Shown: positions 38,101 through 45,769 of the stretch, one piece after another
Numbering within the stretch: the stretch's first letter is position 1
Layout: each line of letters begins with the position of its first letter
NCBI GenBank assembly: GCA_043797125.1
Contig: JAZDPX010000013.1
Span: 73,180 to 137,179 of the forward strand
DNA: 64,000 nt
Direction: 5' to 3'
Origin: Candidatus Omnitrophota bacterium
GTDB taxonomy: Bacteria > Omnitrophota > Gorgyraeia > JABMRG01 > JAFGKX01
The notes under the pieces: generated by a model
What the model was told of the DNA's origin: nothing
Seen by the model: the letters and a program-made list of their open reading frames with translations, nothing else
Databases searched by the model: none
Position numbers and translations under genes: made by a program

Positions 38101-38416
38101 TTATTAATATACCTTTTTGTTTTAAATAGTCGAGCGTTTCTATTGTAGCGGGTGACTGCGCTATGGTCCGGTCTACACTAATGAACACTACCTTAATTTC
38201 TCCATTATTTATCCCGGGGATTATCTGCAGCGCGGGCTCGGCATATCCTGTTTCAAAAATCCTCTCGAATTGGATGTCGCCTGCGATTTCTAAATCTGCG
38301 GACATGCCCCTTAAGGTATCCGTTTGTATTGGCGCGGCCCAGGAAATGGAATTCGCTATTAATAATATAGATAATAATAGTGATAGTATCTTCATATAAT
38401 ATGGGTAAGCGGACAC
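35141..38416 (-). CDS. Signal-peptide-bearing fusion: degenerate HAD domain + glucose-6-phosphate isomerase-like domain + C-terminal extension
   Basis: ILFGDMERDMEAAKAAGI (HAD motif IV). GIGG, SKSGTTDET, GGRF, ESLGK and QPDVEAYK (PGI motifs). Ends ...KISTAA. Confidence 0.82.
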   Translation of the reverse strand: MSAYPYYMKILSLLLSILLIANSISWAAPIQTDTLRGMSADLEIAGDIQFERIFETGYAEPALQIIPGINNGEIKVVFISVDRTIAQSPATIETLDYLKQKGILISVFTKGQQGLGNAIKGVLDVCRASPEQAILFGDMERDMEAAKAAGISGFGIASELNRKASLMEAGAEWAFPNFQPLLGMLKLDKGMGGRLEFYPGDNVDLPDVLDFLNSDLVKVTTKSFHTARRYDPRAGGYINQPYEKYISKKKKPRYGPPMHEAIDIIKEFNDQLMDGDSENYEGDVIVIGDGIGGQAACSYQAVGVRNPFPNRKMVPLDRLNVNYTKLIKEWLTMLRTSKAGTDKGKLEELEKIKEAVRIMVIAGSKSGTTDETMANFQLCVSALIETYFRYVYGDDKGTTKANGMIKKIYNGRSWFDDDNDIIGRMNKTEKRIFSIVLKRTIFVTGEGDLEKKTGSRFDILGKIFAKKYDAKTFPVKTVWMAGNHGGRFQGGSPNGYAYNVAMGFDVEKQLESGSEVAQFQLESGNDNPSKKLAALITLFNPRKLCIAAPSRVAYGRTQEGKSQIAPESLGKGKIAGYAVGFQAYCTTTQEMVHALKYVKDEPGSRVYFIMSDNYMTKADIEAEQAIIKEQTARGNLVIRYKLREQDELELDKLRQFFEDFVMWYGMFSTLNAMLNKADSLELTDEAKKQVEDYYKKVGFTAADIRKVKYDPKRHSFRRIVSSGKAKDPQIQKEEVYLRWVADTYLPYLQPDVEAYKDFLKGENGAAFTMYNSGSKKFGDDDLPVRDEKERNKMFEDDLKDVEKGPAFVKESIHLRDENNNYGPGQITKEQLNNLPKFKNSMTMTDEDKVKILKVVNELFSLFVEEAQYKAAARQSTEEYRDKSDKAYAKIQEAMDRLYDLTKDISDFDDSAKETVVLMHHARINGKSVNMCINDNVDSELELIERFTRHFGIMDKLTKFPKEGHISYQQSFGGADIGLEIIALAIKTLDTVKKTGGRKIAYDGCTSKYLHGLYSYEIARALANSCQKGFIKRKVEFAMLKTKDLANSENRQGLIEFLIYLSRVKLYYEEMAKQQNEIKDPVDVSEKISTAA

Positions 38417-38479
38417 AAACAGATTCCCTCTTGTTTTGAATTGGTTGAAGTTGATTAAATGTTTTTATATTATTTATAA

Positions 38480-38508
38480 ATTATAACATAAAAACATTCC
38501 TTTGTCAA
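38480..38508 (-). promoter_or_regulatory. Consensus sigma70 promoter TTGACA-N17-TATAAT for the PGI fusion gene
   Basis: -35 at 38503-38508, -10 at 38480-38485. Confidence 0.78.
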
Positions 38509-38545
38509 CGCGATTTTAGATATTTTAAGACTATGGCAAGCTAGT

Positions 38546-39514
38546 TTAAACCGCTTCCATTGTTGATGGGGGCTTGGAAGCTATGTTATAGGTTACGCTT
38601 ACTACTCCCGGGACTTCCTTAAGTATCCTATCTGCTAAGCCGGTTAATGTGTTGAAGGCGAGCTTTGTAGGCGTTGCTTCCCTGGCATCGATGCTGTCCC
38701 AACATCTTATCTCGATCTGAAAGCCAAAATCCCTTTTGCCCGCGCGTATACCGGTAACTTTATCCTGATGCAGAATTGCCATATACTGGAAGGCTTCTGT
38801 TTGCGATAACTCCTCTTCAACTATGGATGTGGCTCTTCTAACCATGTCTATTTTCTCCCTGGTCGCCTCGCCGATAACCCTTGCTGAAAGCGCGGGCCCT
38901 GGAAACGGCATGCGGTTATACACAGCTTCGGGCAGGCCCAGAGCCTTTGCAACTTTTCTTACTCCGTCTTTGCGCAACTGTACAAGCGGCTCTATAATCT
39001 TATATCCGAACGCCTCCTGCGGATTTATGCCCAATTGCTCAAATACATTATGCTGCCTTTTAATTCCGGCGACAGTCTCATCTATGTCGGTCAATATGGT
39101 GCCTTGCAAAAGATAGGTTGCCTTGCTATCCCTGACGAGTTTTCCAAACACGTCCTTGTAAAAAGTCTGCGTGATTGCTTCCCTTTTTTCTTCCGGGTCT
39201 GTTATGCCTTTTAACGCGTCAAAAAATTTATCCTGGGCATTAATTATTTCAACGGTAACGTCTAATTTTTTAAATATTGACACTATTCTTTGCGGCTCGC
39301 CTTCTCTCATTATGCCGTTATCAACAAAATATGTTTTAAGCCTGTTGCCCAGAGCCTTATGCCCGAGCATCGTAACTGCGGAAGAATCAACGCCTCCTGA
39401 AAGCGCGTTGATAGCCAGGCCATCACCGACTAACTCTTTTATCTGCTGGGTCTTCTCCTTTATAAACTTGTCCGTATTTAATTGACTCTGTTTTATTTCC
39501 TTTATTGCCTCCAT
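38546..39514 (-). CDS. GMP synthase ATP-pyrophosphatase subunit (stand-alone, no glutaminase domain)
   Basis: SGGVDS, TDPEEKR, QGT, IKRQHN, PFPGPALSARV, SKPPSTME; only 322 aa. Confidence 0.9.
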   Translation of the reverse strand: MEAIKEIKQSQLNTDKFIKEKTQQIKELVGDGLAINALSGGVDSSAVTMLGHKALGNRLKTYFVDNGIMREGEPQRIVSIFKKLDVTVEIINAQDKFFDALKGITDPEEKREAITQTFYKDVFGKLVRDSKATYLLQGTILTDIDETVAGIKRQHNVFEQLGINPQEAFGYKIIEPLVQLRKDGVRKVAKALGLPEAVYNRMPFPGPALSARVIGEATREKIDMVRRATSIVEEELSQTEAFQYMAILHQDKVTGIRAGKRDFGFQIEIRCWDSIDAREATPTKLAFNTLTGLADRILKEVPGVVSVTYNIASKPPSTMEAV

Positions 39515-39530
39515 CTTTACCTCCTTGTGG

Positions 39531-40844
39531 TTAGTACCTTATCGTTTTTCTTTCAACGCCGAGCATGGGCCTTATCCCGATTACGCTGAAAAACAGGTCA
39601 TTGCTTTTAACTTTATCGACACTCCTTACCTCCTTAAGCCTTTTCGGGATATAAACTGCTACTGCCACGCGAAGGATAGAAGATATTAAAAAAAGAGTCA
39701 GTATCTTATACCCAAAAAGCGGCGGCAGCCACGATACTAAAAAACCTCCTAAAAGCGCCCCGCAGCATAGCGCCAGGCCGTTAAGGACATTGAAATAGGC
39801 GATACAGCGCGTTCTTTTCTCAGGGCTCACCGCGTCATAAATAAAATTTGACGTGCACAGGTTAAACCCTGCCCACATAAATCCGGAGAATATCTGCGCA
39901 AGTATTAAGAAGCCCGGGTGATGATTAAAAATCCAAAAAAGCGGTATTATCCCGATTAGCGGCGAAGTTATTTTTATAATTTTTAAATTGCCCACCTTAT
40001 CCGCGTGAGCGCCCCATCTTTGCATCATGATAAAGATTGTAAGCGTCGCCGCAATTGTAATAAACGTATAAAGAAGGTAGCTAAAACGCAAATCCCTTAA
40101 CATGAAAACCGAAAAAAACGGCGATGCCAGGTTAACGGAAAAGCTCATTGCGGACACGAATAATACAAATTTCGCAAAATTGCTCTCTCTGATGCGCGAA
40201 ATAAAATCGACAAAATTAAACGTGTCTTCTTTTTTGTATATAAGCAGCGGTTCGTGCATTTTCCTTAAAAAATACCACGAGATTATCCTGAACGCAAATG
40301 CCGTAAAAAAAATAATCGCAAATCCCCAATATACGTTGAACCTTTTTGCGGTATTAAGTATAAGGCCCGCAAAAAAGGCTGCGCCGACCACTATAAACCC
40401 GAGGACCTTATTTCTGTAGCCAAAATACGCCCCTCTTTCTTTATCCGGTATAAAATCTGACATCAGGCTGCCCCACGCCGGGTTGGCAAGCGCGCCGAAA
40501 GACGTAAACAAGACTATTAATCCTATAAAATAATACGGGTTAGTTATGCGCAAAAGTGCCGCAGCCCCTATCGGCAAAAGCATAAACGCCTGAAGCAGCA
40601 CAAGCGCGTTTATGACCTTTTTTCTTGAATTAAACTTCTGCGCTATATCCGCGCTTTTAAGCTGGCTTAAGGACGCGAACAAATTGGGCAAAGCGCTAAG
40701 CATGCCGACGTGCTTTGCCGTGGCTCCCAGCAATAACAAAAACGGCGTAAAATAATCCTGCGTAAAACCAATCATAGAGCTGGCAAAGGCACCGTCTAAC
40801 ATTGAAAACTTAAAATTTTCTTTTGTCTTTTTCGCGTCCAGCAT
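39531..40844 (-). CDS. MFS transporter
   Basis: About 12 TM segments, WGAHADKVGN motif A, ERGAYFG. Confidence 0.88.
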   Translation of the reverse strand: MLDAKKTKENFKFSMLDGAFASSMIGFTQDYFTPFLLLLGATAKHVGMLSALPNLFASLSQLKSADIAQKFNSRKKVINALVLLQAFMLLPIGAAALLRITNPYYFIGLIVLFTSFGALANPAWGSLMSDFIPDKERGAYFGYRNKVLGFIVVGAAFFAGLILNTAKRFNVYWGFAIIFFTAFAFRIISWYFLRKMHEPLLIYKKEDTFNFVDFISRIRESNFAKFVLFVSAMSFSVNLASPFFSVFMLRDLRFSYLLYTFITIAATLTIFIMMQRWGAHADKVGNLKIIKITSPLIGIIPLFWIFNHHPGFLILAQIFSGFMWAGFNLCTSNFIYDAVSPEKRTRCIAYFNVLNGLALCCGALLGGFLVSWLPPLFGYKILTLFLISSILRVAVAVYIPKRLKEVRSVDKVKSNDLFFSVIGIRPMLGVERKTIRY

Positions 40845-40864
40845 AAAAATCTATTTCCTTTTGT

Positions 40865-42049
40865 TTACCCTGAGCGGACCCGGAGAAAATAACCCTTTAA
40901 ATACTCTGTTTCCTGTATTCCCTTAACAATGGGGTGGTCTTGGGCCTGATGGCATGTATTTAAAACTTCAAAACTTTTTTTTGCTGATTTTGCCGCGCTT
41001 TTCAATATATCGGAAAACATATCCTGCCTCATGTGATGGGAACAGGAGAACGTGCATAAAATGCCGTCTTGGGATAAAATTTTCATGGCTTGAAAGTTTA
41101 AAAACTCATAGCCTTTGGCCGCGCTTTTTATTGATTCTCTGGATTTTAAAAATGACGGCGGGTCCAGTATTACGACATCCGCGTATTCCCCGGAGCTTAC
41201 CATGTTTTCTAAAAAAGTAAAAGAATCGGATTTAATGAATTTTATTTTTTGAGAAACTCCGTTTAATTGGGCGTTTCTGGCGCTTAAGTCAAGCCACTGC
41301 TGTTTGATATCAACGGCGTATACATCTTTTGCGCCGGAAATGGCGGCGTTTATGGAGAACCCTCCTGTATAACAAAAAATGTCGAGCACCTTTTTCCCGG
41401 GAGAGATTGCCCTTGAAAGGTATCTTGATTTTCTCTGGTCCAGATAAAATCCGGTCTTGTGCCCGTTTTCTATATCTACATAAAATTTTACTTCGTTTTC
41501 AAAAATTTCTATTACGCTTGGCCCTTCTTTGCCGTGCCACCTCTTTATTGGCAGCAGCCCTTCAAGCTCTCGTATGTTGGAATCGCTTCTTTCATAGATA
41601 TATTTCGGGTTCAGCGCTTCGCTGATGCTCTTTGTAAGTGTATCTTTAAGCCTCTCCATGCCAAGCGTAAGCACAGAAAACACAGCTGTATCAGAATATA
41701 CATCCACAATAAGCCCCGGCAGACAATCGGATTCGCTGAAAACCGCCCTGAAGGCATTGGTCTGGCTTAACAGATGCCTTCTTTTTTCAAAAGACTCTTT
41801 GATTCTTCTTGTAAAAAATGCATGGTCTATCTTTTCATCGCTGAATGTCAAAAGCCTCACGGCAATCTGGGATTCAGGATTATAATAGCCGTTGCCGACA
41901 AATTTACCGTCCGGGCCTATTACTGAAACCAGAGCGCCGGGTGAGGCGGATGAACGGGCCGCGGAAATCCAGCTTTTATATATCCACGGATGGCTAGGCC
42001 TTAAGCTTACTTTTTTGCTTTTTCGAAGTTTTATGGTCCTTGTTTCCAT
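40865..42049 (-). CDS. rlmI: RlmI-like rRNA m5C methyltransferase
   Basis: HPWIY, ESDCLPGLIVD, HKTGFYLDQR, FCYTGGF, LDPP, SCS. Start set at METRTIK. Confidence 0.88.
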   Translation of the reverse strand: METRTIKLRKSKKVSLRPSHPWIYKSWISAARSSASPGALVSVIGPDGKFVGNGYYNPESQIAVRLLTFSDEKIDHAFFTRRIKESFEKRRHLLSQTNAFRAVFSESDCLPGLIVDVYSDTAVFSVLTLGMERLKDTLTKSISEALNPKYIYERSDSNIRELEGLLPIKRWHGKEGPSVIEIFENEVKFYVDIENGHKTGFYLDQRKSRYLSRAISPGKKVLDIFCYTGGFSINAAISGAKDVYAVDIKQQWLDLSARNAQLNGVSQKIKFIKSDSFTFLENMVSSGEYADVVILDPPSFLKSRESIKSAAKGYEFLNFQAMKILSQDGILCTFSCSHHMRQDMFSDILKSAAKSAKKSFEVLNTCHQAQDHPIVKGIQETEYLKGYFLRVRSG

Positions 42050-42053
42050 AATT

Positions 42054-42085
42054 AAAAACCCCAAGCAAAGCATGCCTGGGGTTTT
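42054..42085 (-). terminator. Intrinsic terminator-like hairpin
   Basis: AAAACCCCA...TGGGGTTTT stem downstream of 42110..42523. Confidence 0.7.
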
Positions 42086-42109
42086 CTATGCCGATAAGCT
42101 AATCTTAAA

Positions 42110-42523
42110 TTAATTTGTTTCTTCTATTGTTAAATAAGCCGCAAGCAGGCTTTTTGTCTTTGCGCCGGCTACGCCATCGACTTTTAAACCTTTTGATTCC
42201 TGAAAAGCCTTGATTGCCTTAGTAGTCTCAGGGCCGATTGTGCCGTCTATTGAGCCGCTGTAGAAGCCTGCGTTCTTTAAAGCAGTCTGAATGTCTTGAT
42301 TTGTCATAGAAGCTTCAACTGCGCTAACAGCTACTTCCTTCTTCTGTGTCATAAGTTCATTATAATTGCTTTCAATAACAACCTGCTTCTGCTCCAATAA
42401 ATCAACTCTTTCTCTTAAGCTGCCTAATTCGCTTTCCAAGCCCCTGATCTTCTCGTCGGAAGCCACGGTGCAGCCTGAAACCAATAGGCTCATAAAAACA
42501 AGTGCTAAAAATACCTTTTTCAT
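42110..42523 (-). CDS. Lipoprotein with coiled coil and PG_binding_1 domain
   Basis: LVSGC lipobox; IQTALKNAGFYSGSIDGTIGPETTKAIKAFQ...DGVAG. Confidence 0.9.
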   Translation of the reverse strand: MKKVFLALVFMSLLVSGCTVASDEKIRGLESELGSLRERVDLLEQKQVVIESNYNELMTQKKEVAVSAVEASMTNQDIQTALKNAGFYSGSIDGTIGPETTKAIKAFQESKGLKVDGVAGAKTKSLLAAYLTIEETN

Positions 42524-42609
42524 AAGCGCCTTCCTCCTTTTCTATGAGATTTATACAAACGTTAAGGTTATCCGGTGATATAACATATGAGATTGCTGAA
42601 ATATTGCTT

Positions 42610-42665
42610 GTAGGGGTTCGATTTATCGAACCCTTTTATAGGGGCGCCATAAATGGCGCCCCTAC
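42610..42665. repeat. Pair of GTAG-type REP hairpins (REPIN-like doublet)
   Basis: GTAGGGGTTCGATTTATCGAACCC followed by TAGGGGCGCCATAAATGGCGCCCCTAC in the divergent intergenic region. Confidence 0.8.
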
Positions 42666-42814
42666 ATAAAGTGGCAAGCATTGGCAAATATGCGTATTAT
42701 TGTAATGAGAATAGCCCTAATTGTCAATTTAAAAATGCAGAATGGGTAGAAATGGGCCGAACGGGTTTTTCTCTTGCCCCAACGCATTGTGTTTGTTAAG
42801 ATTGTACTATAGAT

Positions 42815-44548
42815 ATGGAATCTACGCCTTTTAAAAAGCGCTCTATGCGATCCTTCAGCCCTTCGGGCTTCAGGATGAGCCCCTCGAGCAGAAAAACTCT
42901 CCGAGGGCTCATTTTAATAATAATCCTGGGGTGTATTGTCTATTTCAATTCGCTAAACGGCGCATTCCTATGCGACGATAATAACTTAATAGAAGATAAT
43001 CCAAATATAAAAAGCTGGTCCAACATAAAGAAAATCTTCACCCAGGATATAGGGCAAAATATAGGCGTGGCTGCGGGCGGAGAATATAATTTTTACCGGC
43101 CCCTGCAGATGCTCACATATATGGCGGACTATTTCTTGTGGGGCCAAAACCCAACCGGCTACCACATTACAAACAGCATATTGCACATCTTGGCAGCGCT
43201 GTCTCTTTACTGGCTGATAGGTATTCTTTTCAGCGATTGGCTTATCTCTCTTTTTTGCGCTCTTTTTTACGTAATTCATCCCGTGCACACAGAAGCTGTA
43301 TCGTATATTTCAGGCAGGGCAGACCCTCTGGCTTTATTGTTTATCCTGCTTTGTTTGGCCTTTTATATAAAATCTGCTTCCCCGGGAAAAAACCCGATAC
43401 TTTTTTTATCTGCATGCTTAAGTTTCATATTAGCGCTTTTGTCAAAAGAAAGCGCGTTAATCCTGCCGGCGTTATTACTGCTTTATCATTATGCCTTTAG
43501 AAAAAAAATAATGCTAAAGCGTTTTTTGCCGATCCTGATTATTGCATTAGCCTATATTATTCTTCGCGCAACGGTTTTGGCTTTTACGCTGCCGGATTTA
43601 TCGACACACCAACCATTTTTAAAAAGAATACCGTCTTTTTTTGCGGCTGTTGTCGAGTATCTAAGGCTTTTGTTTCTGCCTCTAAACCTGCACATGGAAT
43701 ACGGCAACGGCAATTTCAGTTTTTATGACCTTAAGGTAATCGCGGGAATTATTGTAACGCTGGCGGGGCTTGCCTGCATTTTACTAACGAGGAAACGCAA
43801 CGGGCTTGTCTTTTTCTCTCTAAGCTGGTTCCTTTTAATGCTTTTGCCTGTTTCAGGCATATATCCCATTAACGCATATATGGCAGAACACTGGTTATAC
43901 TTGCCGTCGGTGGGATTTTTTCTTATTCTGGCGAAATATTTAGCTTTGGCATACAAAAGAAAGGTTTTTAAAACGCTAAGCCTTGTTATTATTATAATCG
44001 CGGTGGCATTTTATTCATATTTAACCATAAGACAAAACAATTACTGGAAAGGCCCCGTAGGCTTCTACGAAAAAACTCTTGAATATGCTCCGGATAATAT
44101 TAGGGTGCTTTGCAACCTTGGCAATGAATACTGGAAAATGGGTAAGGCCAAAGAAGCCGTGCCTCTTCTTAAAAAGGCGATAGAGATAAATCCGGCTTAC
44201 GCAGAGCCGTATAATAATCTTGGCAGCGTATATGTTGATTTGGGTAGAAATGAGGAGGCCATACCCGTACTCAAGAAAGCGATAGAGATAAATCCGGGTT
44301 ATTTAACGCCGTATATCAACCTAGCCGTCGCATATTTTAATATAGGAGACAATGAAAAAGGGTTTGAACTACTAAATAAGGCTTTGGAGATAAATCCAAA
44401 CTCAGCAAACACGCATTTTACCCTGGCTGTAGCGTATTTTAAACAAAACAATTACGCATTATCGATAAAACACTGCGATATGGCAATTAAGCTTGGATAT
44501 AAAGTTGACCCTAAACTTTTGAGGGCCCTTGAACCTTTTCGCCGTTAA
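42815..44548 (+). CDS. TMTC-like membrane protein O-mannosyltransferase with C-terminal TPRs
   Basis: DD, YRPL, HPVHTEAV.YISGRAD, SKES and AEHWLYLPS motifs, then TPRs. The only plus-strand gene; start uncertain. Confidence 0.9.
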   Translation: MESTPFKKRSMRSFSPSGFRMSPSSRKTLRGLILIIILGCIVYFNSLNGAFLCDDNNLIEDNPNIKSWSNIKKIFTQDIGQNIGVAAGGEYNFYRPLQMLTYMADYFLWGQNPTGYHITNSILHILAALSLYWLIGILFSDWLISLFCALFYVIHPVHTEAVSYISGRADPLALLFILLCLAFYIKSASPGKNPILFLSACLSFILALLSKESALILPALLLLYHYAFRKKIMLKRFLPILIIALAYIILRATVLAFTLPDLSTHQPFLKRIPSFFAAVVEYLRLLFLPLNLHMEYGNGNFSFYDLKVIAGIIVTLAGLACILLTRKRNGLVFFSLSWFLLMLLPVSGIYPINAYMAEHWLYLPSVGFFLILAKYLALAYKRKVFKTLSLVIIIIAVAFYSYLTIRQNNYWKGPVGFYEKTLEYAPDNIRVLCNLGNEYWKMGKAKEAVPLLKKAIEINPAYAEPYNNLGSVYVDLGRNEEAIPVLKKAIEINPGYLTPYINLAVAYFNIGDNEKGFELLNKALEINPNSANTHFTLAVAYFKQNNYALSIKHCDMAIKLGYKVDPKLLRALEPFRR

Positions 44549-45756
44549 ATGTAATTCAGGTGGACAAGTTTTGCTGGAGGGAATCCGTTAAAGTAGGTGG
44601 ACGACGCCACTGAATAAGCGCCGATGTTTTCTGCATACACTAAATCGTCGAGTTCCAGCTCGGGGAGTTCTGCTGCGAGCGTTATGGTATCCAGGGCGTC
44701 GCATGTAGGCCCGAAGACAGCTGAAATTTGCGGCTCGCCTTCTTTAAACGCCTTTACAGGATACTCGCAATGATCAAAGATTTGCCCTGAGAACGTGTGA
44801 TAAATGCCGTCGTTTATGTAGTAGCAATTTTTCCCGTTTCTGATTGCCTTGCCTACGACTTTTGCCACTAACGTGCATGCATTGGCAACCATAAACCTGC
44901 CTGGCTCCGCAAGTATCTCCATATCCTGAGGGAACAGTCTTTTTATTTCCTCGTTTAATTTCCTAGCAAGCGTCTTAAATGATTTCACCCTGGGATTATA
45001 TTTAACGGGAAAGCCGCCGCCTATGTCGAGGATTTTAATCTGTTTATTGCACCTGGTTTCCGTCTCTTTTATTATATTTGCCGAAAGGTTGAGCGCCTGA
45101 ATATAATTCTCGAAATTAGTGCACTGGCTGCCGACATGAAAGCTTATCCCCTCTACAACCAGCCCGGTATTAAATGCCTCTTCTATTAAATCAACCGCTT
45201 CCCCGGGATCCGCGCCGAACTTCGACGAAAGCTCAACCATGGAGCCTGTGTTCGGGACGCGTATGCGTAGACAAAGTCCCGCGTTGGGGGCGTGCTGTTT
45301 TATTTTTCCTAGTTCTGTAATATTGTCAAAGGTAACAAGCGGCTTATACTTATCAAGGGCCTTTAAAGTCTCAACCGGTTTAATGGTGTTTGCATAAATT
45401 ATTTTATCCCATATCCAGTCTTGTCTTTCCTTTTCCGGAAGATTCTTGATGTATTGATAAACAATCATAAACTCGGGCATTGACGCGACATCAAAGCTTG
45501 ACCCCATATCATATAAGGTCTTTACGATCTCAGGGTTTGAGTTTGCCTTTACAGCAAAATAGGCCTGCACGTCGGGGAGGTGTTCCTTAAATTCAGCGTA
45601 GTTGGCCCGTATCTTATCGTGGTCTATTATAAAAATAGGGGTTCCGTGTTCTTTCGCGAGCTCGAGAAAGAGTTTTTTTCTTTCTTCATCCATGCCTTTT
45701 AAACCGTTGATTTGAGATTTTTTAGGTTCTTTTATACCGTCTTTTATCATGGCCAT
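44545..45756 (-). CDS. Fold-type III PLP ornithine/lysine decarboxylase
   Basis: AVKAN, FDVAS, SKFG, FHVGSQ, DIGGG, EPGR, GPTCD, GAY. Start moved downstream of the hss stop. Confidence 0.92.
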   Translation of the reverse strand: MAMIKDGIKEPKKSQINGLKGMDEERKKLFLELAKEHGTPIFIIDHDKIRANYAEFKEHLPDVQAYFAVKANSNPEIVKTLYDMGSSFDVASMPEFMIVYQYIKNLPEKERQDWIWDKIIYANTIKPVETLKALDKYKPLVTFDNITELGKIKQHAPNAGLCLRIRVPNTGSMVELSSKFGADPGEAVDLIEEAFNTGLVVEGISFHVGSQCTNFENYIQALNLSANIIKETETRCNKQIKILDIGGGFPVKYNPRVKSFKTLARKLNEEIKRLFPQDMEILAEPGRFMVANACTLVAKVVGKAIRNGKNCYYINDGIYHTFSGQIFDHCEYPVKAFKEGEPQISAVFGPTCDALDTITLAAELPELELDDLVYAENIGAYSVASSTYFNGFPPAKLVHLNYI

Positions 45757-45769
45757 ATTTTTATGGATT

